IMG/VR virus record: IMGVR_UViG_3300025296_000083
Location: 1 to 30,306 of that record
Strand: one strand, 5' to 3'
DNA: 30,306 bases
DNA from: a virus
Taxonomy: Duplodnaviria; Caudoviricetes
Below, in pieces: positions 19,142 to 25,291 of this stretch. Every line of letters starts with the position of its first letter. Position 1 is the first letter of the stretch. The notes under the pieces are model-generated. The model did not search any database. It saw nothing but the letters and a program-made list of their open reading frames with translations, and was not told where the DNA came from. The position numbers were made by a program, and so were the translations under genes.

Positions 19142-19203
19142 ACGAAGCCATCTGCGTTTTTGTAATTTTAATTTTAATGATTTTAGTAATAGCAAGGAGA
19201 TAA
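19138..19203 (+). CDS. 21-aa hydrophobic microprotein (MNEAICVFVILILMILVIARR)
   Basis: ATGA overlap with the holin stop; single TM with basic C-terminus; absent from the ORF track because of size. Confidence 0.5.
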   Translation: MNEAICVFVILILMILVIARR

Positions 19204-19204
19204 A

Positions 19205-19321
19205 ATGGAAATTTTATTTTGGATAATACTTGGATTTGCTTTAGGTTTATTCGTCTATCATAAATGGTTTCATATCATTGATGATGGTATCGAATGGATT
19301 AAGGGCAAATTCGGTAAATGA
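19205..19321 (+). CDS. 38-aa membrane microprotein (MEILFWIILGFALGLFVYHKWFHIIDDGIEWIKGKFGK)
   Basis: AAGGAG RBS; TM plus amphipathic tail; ATGA overlap with the lysozyme start. Confidence 0.7.
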   Translation: MEILFWIILGFALGLFVYHKWFHIIDDGIEWIKGKFGK

Positions 19322-19761
19322 TTGAAGCTTTAAAAGCACACCTGATCGCCAGAGAAGGTTTAAGGCTAAAACCCTATAAATGCCCCCAGGGTAAATTAAC
19401 TTTGGGTGTAGGCCGCAACATTGAAGATAATGGCATAACCACTGAGGAAGCCATGTATCTTTTAACCAACGATATTCACAACACGATTGAAGAGTTGGAA
19501 AATGTGTTTGAAGATTTCCCCGATCTGCCCGTAAACGCTCAATTAGTATTAGCGGATATGTGTTTTAACCTGGGTCTGCCTACCCTCTTAGAATTTAAAA
19601 AAATGCTTAAAGCCATTGAAGAAGAAAAATGGGAAGAAGCGGGAAAGCAAGTTCTTGATTCCCGTTACGCAAAACAAGTGGGAGAACGTGCTACTTATAA
19701 CGCTCATTTATTGGAAACGGCAGACAAGGATGTATGGGAAACAAAACTAAAACTAAAATAA
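19318..19761 (+). CDS. Endolysin, GH24 phage lysozyme
   Basis: EGLRLKPYKCPQGKLTLGVG (E-x8-C-x5-T), DMCFNLG, FKKML, DSRYAKQVGERA. Confidence 0.92.
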   Translation: MIEALKAHLIAREGLRLKPYKCPQGKLTLGVGRNIEDNGITTEEAMYLLTNDIHNTIEELENVFEDFPDLPVNAQLVLADMCFNLGLPTLLEFKKMLKAIEEEKWEEAGKQVLDSRYAKQVGERATYNAHLLETADKDVWETKLKLK

Positions 19762-20183
19762 ACAATCACAATTCCAGGTTAGGAGCGTTGGGCGAGAGTT
19801 ATGTGCAAAGTGTGTTGATTGAATGGTGTGATTTTGTTACGAATTGCTCACATACCACCCCTTACGATCTAATCCTGGATCACACTAACCGACTCTATAA
19901 AGTGCAAGTTAAAACAGTCTCACAAACTAAGACTAAAAGCGGTTTAAGGTATCGTTTTCATGCCAACAGACCCCAACGAACAGAACAGTATTACAAATCC
20001 AGAAATGATATTTATGCCCTGGTATTTTATCCAGAGAAGGTGTGCTTATTTGTAGCTAATACGGGCCATCAAAAGCATTATACTTTTGTGATTCCACCCA
20101 CTAAAGAAGAAGAATTTGAATCGTTACAAAAGACGTTGGAAGAGTTGAATAACGCTCCCGTATTAAAACCGATAGAAGATTAG
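19734..20183 (+). CDS. PD-(D/E)XK endonuclease (PDDEXK_5 / homing-endonuclease-like)
   Basis: GALGE, PYDLILD, YKVQVKT and DIYALV motifs. Confidence 0.8.
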   Translation: MGNKTKTKINNHNSRLGALGESYVQSVLIEWCDFVTNCSHTTPYDLILDHTNRLYKVQVKTVSQTKTKSGLRYRFHANRPQRTEQYYKSRNDIYALVFYPEKVCLFVANTGHQKHYTFVIPPTKEEEFESLQKTLEELNNAPVLKPIED

Positions 20184-20211
20184 TTGACTTTTGGTGTATG
20201 AAACTTAAGGT
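20184..20211 (+). promoter_or_regulatory. Putative promoter, copy 3 of conserved motif (TTGACT-N16-TAAGGT)
   Basis: TTGAC-ttttggtgt-ATGAAACTTAAGGT; no credible + strand gene downstream. Confidence 0.6.
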
Positions 20212-20217
20212 CTATTA

Positions 20218-20297
20218 GGAATTTGGGGCAACTATCATTCTCTCCAAGAATAAAAAATCTATCAAAACGAGTTGCCCCTCTCCCCTTCCGGATAAGA
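20218..20297 (+). ncRNA. Candidate small RNA (9-bp stem, large loop with anti-RBS sequence)
   Basis: Downstream of promoter copy 3; GGGGCAACT (20225-20233) pairs with AGTTGCCCC (20270-20278); loop contains ATTCTCTCC. Confidence 0.4.
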
Positions 20298-20495
20298 CTA
20301 CTTAGAAACCAATCCCACTGTATAAAGACCATCGGCTTGTTTTAACATCGTTGGTTTACAGTTCTGTTTGTACAAAGCACCCCTCAAGCCATACGCTGTT
20401 TTATAATCCAGATCAGCAATAGCTTTACCTGGTTCTAAGGCTTCCAGGTATTCAGCGTATTTAGATCGTTTAGGTATTTTATTCAGTATTTTCAT
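20298..20495 (-). CDS. Hypothetical small basic protein (possible DNA-binding)
   Basis: GAGGTGG RBS; IPKRSKY...LEALEPG pattern; last gene of the leftward operon. Confidence 0.6.
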   Translation of the reverse strand: MKILNKIPKRSKYAEYLEALEPGKAIADLDYKTAYGLRGALYKQNCKPTMLKQADGLYTVGLVSK

Positions 20496-21486
20496 AAACC
20501 ACCTCTTTGATATTTAAGGTCTTTTGACGTATGGAATAAGCGTCCTTCGCAGGAACTACTTTTTCCTCTTGGGCCTTGTAATGTCTCATGGGCCAACGCA
20601 CTTGATAACAGACCCTTTCGCCCTGTCTGTCCTTCCACAGTTCCCCGTAAGGATTTTCTTCCAACATAGCCATCACTTTAGCCGTTGCTTCTTTTTTAAT
20701 ATCCGTCCATTTCTTCATGGATTCAGTAGCCAGTTCAATCAATTCAATTTGATCTTCGGCTTCTTCGGGTAACTCAACGGGTTCAGCGTTAACTTCTGCC
20801 TGTTGCCAAATAGTCAAGGCTTCACTTGGATTAACGGGTGGATAGGGGTCTTTATTTTTGACCCTACGATCAAAGTCTTTAACCAGTTTATGAATTTCTT
20901 TTACCATCACTTCGTCCCGATGATAAATGAACATTCTTAAGGTGGTGGACTGATAAAGCACACACAAAACACCCCATTTCGCCCCTTCTATGTCCATTAA
21001 GCCTTGCAGTTGCATAGGCCCACGAAACAGCTTGGGTTCTTCTTCGGGGTAATCCCTGGTTACTTTGCATTCCAGGATAACCTTGTCTGACATTTCAGCT
21101 AGATTAGACCCCATGACATAAATGCCTTTAGCGGGATCGTGTTCTATACGCAGTTTTTCTCCTGCGAAGGCAAAGCCGTCCATTGAGCCTTGAAGCGGTA
21201 TCTCCTGATGCTGTACGGCATAATCCACAGTTAAGTCGGGCATGAGTAGTCCCAAAGTGGACACACAACGCTCCAGAATGACGTTCTCAAATAAATCTCC
21301 CAACTCCATAGCCATCTTCTGTCCAGGGTTAGGATCAAATTCGTCTCTTACATTCTCTCCGTCTTTTGCTCTTATGGCCTTACTCAATAAGTTTGCCCTA
21401 CTCATGTTTTCATAAGGACTTATCCCTGCAATACCAGAAAGGATTGAACAACTGGCCCCATAGTCCCATGTTTTCTTACCTACCAT
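20479..21486 (-). CDS. YqaJ / lambda-exonuclease-family nuclease
   Basis: GAS......GISPY, MELGDLFE, GSMDG, ILECK and QLQGLM motifs. Start moved to ATG 21486 behind GGAGAG. Confidence 0.85.
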   Translation of the reverse strand: MVGKKTWDYGASCSILSGIAGISPYENMSRANLLSKAIRAKDGENVRDEFDPNPGQKMAMELGDLFENVILERCVSTLGLLMPDLTVDYAVQHQEIPLQGSMDGFAFAGEKLRIEHDPAKGIYVMGSNLAEMSDKVILECKVTRDYPEEEPKLFRGPMQLQGLMDIEGAKWGVLCVLYQSTTLRMFIYHRDEVMVKEIHKLVKDFDRRVKNKDPYPPVNPSEALTIWQQAEVNAEPVELPEEAEDQIELIELATESMKKWTDIKKEATAKVMAMLEENPYGELWKDRQGERVCYQVRWPMRHYKAQEEKVVPAKDAYSIRQKTLNIKEVVYENTE

Positions 21487-21664
21487 TTTTCTCTCCATAC
21501 ATTTCTTCGGCTATTTCATCTGCACTTGCACATGCTAGAAATGGCCTGGTTCTTAAATTAGTATAAATAGCGGTGTAGCCATTTTCGTAGCCATAACTAA
21601 ATATACTGCTAACAGGGATTGTTTTTACTTTCTCCCCATAGAGAAAGGGTTTTATATACCTCAC
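21476..21664 (-). CDS. Hypothetical protein
   Basis: 62-aa ORF tightly packed in the leftward operon. Confidence 0.55.
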   Translation of the reverse strand: MRYIKPFLYGEKVKTIPVSSIFSYGYENGYTAIYTNLRTRPFLACASADEIAEEMYGEKNGR

Positions 21665-21666
21665 TG

Positions 21667-21957
21667 TTACAGTGAGTAATAAAGTAAAACTGCAAATCCA
21701 GTTAAGGAACCTGCAATTTCAAGGGTTGATAAATTAGCCTTAAATGATTTAGTAAATCTAGTTAATTTACTTGGCTTAATATATCTAGAATAGTTAATTC
21801 GCCTAGTAATGTAGGCACTTTTAACTTGATATATATTATACGAACCAAATAAGGCTAGCCATAGCGTATCAAACAGGTTTTTGCTACTAGATATGGAATC
21901 TTGGTATCTAGCAAAATCAACCACTTGGGACGCTTTATAGTAAGTACGTTTTTTCAT
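21667..21957 (-). CDS. Hypothetical basic protein with C-terminal hydrophobic anchor
   Basis: AGGAGAG RBS; ends IAGSLTGFAVLLYYSL. Confidence 0.6.
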   Translation of the reverse strand: MKKRTYYKASQVVDFARYQDSISSSKNLFDTLWLALFGSYNIYQVKSAYITRRINYSRYIKPSKLTRFTKSFKANLSTLEIAGSLTGFAVLLYYSL

Positions 21958-22029
21958 CGTCTCTGTCTCTCCTATATATGTAATTAAGTTTTAAGTATTA
22001 ATAGCAGTTAACTGACTAGCTTTTAGCAG

Positions 22030-22308
22030 TTAAACGGCCCCTTTATAATAATTTTCCTCTTTTGTGTGACGATTAGCTTTTGATTTTAATAAATAACTGC
22101 ATTCTGCAATTAGCATACGAGCATGAAGCAACCGAAGATAAAGTGGAACTCTCTGCTTAGAAATTCGTTTAAATTGATCCAAACAGTGTTCCAGGACTTC
22201 TATCGTGTTCGTTATATGCTCTTTTTCTTCTAACGGGATCGTCAAACGTTTTGATCCCATCGAAGCGTGTTGACGCATAAAGAACTCTTGATCTGAATTA
22301 TTCTTCAT
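22030..22308 (-). CDS. Hypothetical protein
   Basis: GGGAG RBS; 92 aa, helical. Confidence 0.65.
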   Translation of the reverse strand: MKNNSDQEFFMRQHASMGSKRLTIPLEEKEHITNTIEVLEHCLDQFKRISKQRVPLYLRLLHARMLIAECSYLLKSKANRHTKEENYYKGAV

Positions 22309-22380
22309 TTTTATTCTCCCTTAAAAATACAAATAAACACATAAACACAATTGATTATTTTTTGGCAAAACAATCTATTT

Positions 22381-23070
22381 TTATTTTCTCCTTTTTAATA
22401 AATTACGAACTGAGGAAGGGTGCCAAATGCCCCCTCGCCTACTGGGGATATTGCGTTCATTCAAACGATGTGCAATTTCAACCAAAGTGGTTGCCCCTTT
22501 TGCTTCTATCTCGGCCACAATCGGCAAGATAGTTTCAGCAAAATCTTTTGCCAACTTTCGATTCTCTTGATAGGCCAATTCCCTAGTCAAATCGAGTGAA
22601 GGCGATCCGAGTAAAACACCCTGCTCTTTTAATTCAGCGTGTTTCTTCTTAACGGATTCTGAAATCTTTTTTCTATTTTGTTCAGATAAACGAACCAACA
22701 ACCCCATTTCAATGTGGTTGTGTCCACCGATATCGCAACCAATAATAGGAACTCCTGATTTTAAGCAAGGAATAATAAAGTTTATGGTCGATGCTAAATG
22801 CCCCATTTTAGGTAAAATTAATTTGGCTTTTTCGGCTTGGCATAAATTTAAAGCATCTGTGAGTTCTGGCCTAACGTGAGTTCTTTTTACAATTTCTTCG
22901 GTATAACGCTTGATAACTCTCCAGGTTCCTTTAGGTTTGCCGTTAAGTGTTAAACCCAATGTATGCCCTACTATGCTGTCAGCTTCCACCATACATATTC
23001 CGTTGGCTAGATACATGACGTGCTTACCATAAGACCGAATGGCCGTTGGTGGTTGATATGATATCTCCAT
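22381..23070 (-). CDS. Serine recombinase homologue with degenerate catalytic domain and intact C-terminal recombinase DNA-binding domain
   Basis: RPELTDALNLC..EKAKL, RKKISE, GVLLGSP and IAHRLNERNIPSRRGGIWHPSSVRNLL match resolvase+recombinase proteins, but YxRVS reads YLANG and KLDRLxR reads KMGHLAS. Confidence 0.8.
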   Translation of the reverse strand: MEISYQPPTAIRSYGKHVMYLANGICMVEADSIVGHTLGLTLNGKPKGTWRVIKRYTEEIVKRTHVRPELTDALNLCQAEKAKLILPKMGHLASTINFIIPCLKSGVPIIGCDIGGHNHIEMGLLVRLSEQNRKKISESVKKKHAELKEQGVLLGSPSLDLTRELAYQENRKLAKDFAETILPIVAEIEAKGATTLVEIAHRLNERNIPSRRGGIWHPSSVRNLLKRRK

Positions 23071-23174
23071 TATTCTCTCCTAAAGAGAGGGTTTGTTTCT
23101 TAATGTCCCTCTTTGTTCTTGTAATTCTAAACACTTTTCTATAATTTACAATAATTATTACTACTATTTGATAA
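23071..23174. promoter_or_regulatory. Divergent early control region
   Basis: Between divergent genes. Minus-strand TTGTAA(23151-23146)-N16-TAGAAT(23129-23124); plus-strand TATAAT at 23140-23145; imperfect inverted repeat TTGTAATT...AATTTACAA; AGAGGG/CCCTCT stem next to the leftward RBS. Confidence 0.6.
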
Positions 23175-23375
23175 ATGGAAGAAAATAAAAACATACCCAA
23201 AAGCAGACAGTTATACGTTGATCCTGCTTTACACACCGAATTAAAGGCTCTGGCACACTTTAGACAACAAGACATAAAGGTCATTGTTTGTAACTTATTG
23301 CGTAACGCTTTAGATAATTTAGAAAGAGACAGCGAGAATGGAGAAATTACCCACCTGGACAATAGCGGTCAGTGA
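23175..23375 (+). CDS. Ribbon-helix-helix (Arc/CopG-like) DNA-binding protein
   Basis: SRQLYVDPALHTELKALA.....IKVIVCNLLRNAL beta-alpha-alpha pattern; first gene of the rightward operon. Confidence 0.65.
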   Translation: MEENKNIPKSRQLYVDPALHTELKALAHFRQQDIKVIVCNLLRNALDNLERDSENGEITHLDNSGQ

Positions 23376-23592
23376 CGACCCATCTTATATAGCCAGGTCA
23401 AGTTCGCCCTGGTCTAAAGTTTGTGATATTGCTAAAGATACCACCCCTGCCCTTATATTGACTCATTTTAAACGCACTAAGGTTTGCATACCTTATTACG
23501 CATACAAGGGTTGTTTTCAAAACGACAATCGCATCACAGCGTTAATTCCTTTAGAGAATTTTTTACCAATTTTAACGGGGAAAGAAATATGA
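23338..23592 (+). CDS. Hypothetical; resembles the C-terminal half of a phage Hjc-type resolvase lacking catalytic residues
   Basis: LPTWTIAVS...WSKVCDIA...PALI......KVCIP...LENF follows the WAIEVK...W.QAC.AA...PVLI...W.V.VP...L.F pattern; similarity judged by eye. Confidence 0.45.
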   Translation: MEKLPTWTIAVSDDPSYIARSSSPWSKVCDIAKDTTPALILTHFKRTKVCIPYYAYKGCFQNDNRITALIPLENFLPILTGKEI

Positions 23593-23822
23593 CTGAATAT
23601 ACCGACTTAGTAGATAGGGCCAGATTAGAACTGGAAGCGGAAGAATGGGCCAAGAGTGTTAAATATCTACACTTAAATAATGGAGTGATTGAAAGAAAGT
23701 ATCTGAATGGCGATACAGATTATTTGGACTGTAAAACAAACAAACAATGGAAAATCTTTAAGAATTTACCCAAACAAACGCTCATAGATCGCTTTAGAAG
23801 AAGGAATAGGAGTCATGGCTAA
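23589..23822 (+). CDS. Hypothetical protein (77 aa)
   Basis: ATGA overlap with the previous stop and GGGG upstream favour ATG 23589 over the track start at 23484. Confidence 0.65.
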   Translation: MTEYTDLVDRARLELEAEEWAKSVKYLHLNNGVIERKYLNGDTDYLDCKTNKQWKIFKNLPKQTLIDRFRRRNRSHG

Positions 23823-24039
23823 CTACAGTGAGTCATTGGCCGACAATCCTTGCACTGGTCGTTGTAGTAATTTGGCTATCCCTGGCGATTCATATTGCTC
23901 TGGTTGTGGCCGAACCAGAGCCCAGATTGATACCTGGGATTCTATTTCCAAACACAAGAGAACAATGATTAATTGGCGAAATTGGGACAAAGGGTTCGAT
24001 TTAAAACAAAAAATCAGGAAATTAAATGGTTCGGGTTAA
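23815..24039 (+). CDS. DUF1289-family Cys-rich (putative Fe-S/Zn) protein
   Basis: NPCTGRC......DSYCSGCGRT..QI..W signature; AGGAG RBS. Confidence 0.85.
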   Translation: MANYSESLADNPCTGRCSNLAIPGDSYCSGCGRTRAQIDTWDSISKHKRTMINWRNWDKGFDLKQKIRKLNGSG

Positions 24040-24059
24040 ACGGCATAAGATTTTTGTAT

Positions 24060-24200
24060 ATGACGAAAGAGCAAGACGAAAAAGAAAAAACAAAAAGACC
24101 AGTATCGGGAGTGGCCCTCGGTCTTTCGGTGGTGGCAGAAATAAACGTAAACCGAACCGCAAGAAATATAGGGGCCAGGGATAAGGTTAAAAAGAATTAA
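24060..24200 (+). CDS. Hypothetical small protein (46 aa)
   Basis: Fills the gap between neighbours; weak RBS. Confidence 0.4.
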   Translation: MTKEQDEKEKTKRPVSGVALGLSVVAEINVNRTARNIGARDKVKKN

Positions 24201-24202
24201 AG

Positions 24203-24439
24203 ATGCCACAAAGTAAAACCATCACTATTGAAGAAAACGAAGAAGAAGGAACTGTAGTCACAGTAGAACAGACTATGATTCAAGACCCACCCGAAGAGAG
24301 TTTAGAAATAGGCGGGGTTAGATTAAATACTGATCTGCCCTGGTATGCGGATGCTTCGATCCTGTTGGTTTTAATTGCCCTTATTTATATTGCTAAGAAA
24401 AACATTGATAAATGGTTCGACAAGAAAAAGAAAAAATGA
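24203..24439 (+). CDS. Small membrane protein
   Basis: Acidic N-terminus, TM ASILLVLIALIYIA, basic C-terminus. Confidence 0.65.
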   Translation: MPQSKTITIEENEEEGTVVTVEQTMIQDPPEESLEIGGVRLNTDLPWYADASILLVLIALIYIAKKNIDKWFDKKKKK

Positions 24440-24699
24440 TCGCCGAACAAAGATTGTGGATAGCCGTAATAACTTTAGCCTTAAAGGATGCTTTAGGCAT
24501 ACATGCTAATAATGTTAATGAAACACAAAAGGCCAAGCGATGGCTTAACTTAAATAATAAAACTTTCGTGTTGGCTTGTGCGTTGGGTTTGTTAGAACCC
24601 GAATGGGTATTGCGTAAATACATTCAAGCAAAAGAAAAGAGAAAAGCTAATAACTACAAGACTATAACTTTAAAAAAAGATTTTTTAACCACTAGATAA
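24436..24699 (+). CDS. Hypothetical phage protein
   Basis: ATGA overlap; EQRLWIAVI..ALKDA, AKRWL and F..AC.L..LEP pattern of a recurrent small phage protein. Confidence 0.65.
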   Translation: MIAEQRLWIAVITLALKDALGIHANNVNETQKAKRWLNLNNKTFVLACALGLLEPEWVLRKYIQAKEKRKANNYKTITLKKDFLTTR

Positions 24700-24710
24700 T
24701 AAAGGAGAAA

Positions 24711-25283
24711 ATGATGATTGATCTAGGAATAAACGTAGGCGGTTCAGGTAACAACTGGATAACTTACAAACCTCAAGCCGATAGGTGGGATTATCCCGAA
24801 GGCGAAATTGATTTAAAGCACTTTGTTTTAGATCACAACAGTATGAAAGCAGGTTGGGGCAAATTAGGCCCAGGTATTGCTCCGAGTTGGATATGGGATA
24901 AAAAGTTAGGTTTACCCGATCCCAACCCAGGCGGTACACCCGAAGAAAAAGATGAATGGTCAAGAGGACTAAGCATTGAATTGTTTGTTAAGGGCGAAGA
25001 ACCTTTTACCTGGCAAACTACGGCGAAAGGACCGATGAACGGCTTAAATGACATCTTTGCCGATGTGTGGGCTATTAAAGACGACAACCCAGGCAAGTTA
25101 CCCGTACTTGAATACACGGGGTCGAGTAAGACTACCTGGAACTCTCGCATTCCAGAATTTAAGATACTTAAATGGGTGGATAGACCCGAAGAATTTACCT
25201 CTTCTCAATTAACTAATGGAGAAGATACAAGTTCTGAATTAAAGATAGAAGCTAAACAAAGCGAAGAAGAAATTCCATTTTAG
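24711..25283 (+). CDS. Putative single-stranded DNA-binding protein
   Basis: AAGGAG RBS; aromatic-rich; P.F.I..WVDRP then acidic tail ending EEEIPF; directly upstream of the primase-helicase. Confidence 0.6.
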   Translation: MMIDLGINVGGSGNNWITYKPQADRWDYPEGEIDLKHFVLDHNSMKAGWGKLGPGIAPSWIWDKKLGLPDPNPGGTPEEKDEWSRGLSIELFVKGEEPFTWQTTAKGPMNGLNDIFADVWAIKDDNPGKLPVLEYTGSSKTTWNSRIPEFKILKWVDRPEEFTSSQLTNGEDTSSELKIEAKQSEEEIPF

Positions 25284-25291
25284 TTTCCCCT

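Noticed and set aside
21984-22032. CtrA box (TTAA-N7-TTAA) among multiple TTAA and TAGCAGTTAA repeats
   Set aside because: TTAA spacings do not equal N7; the repeats are short and in AT-rich DNA.
22381-23070. Functional integrase/resolvase implying an integrating prophage
   Set aside because: Catalytic Ser and Arg motifs are absent; no att-like repeat or host flank was seen.
23024-23362. 112-aa minus-strand ORF across the switch region
   Set aside because: Antisense to the RHH gene, crosses the promoter region, and has no recognisable features.
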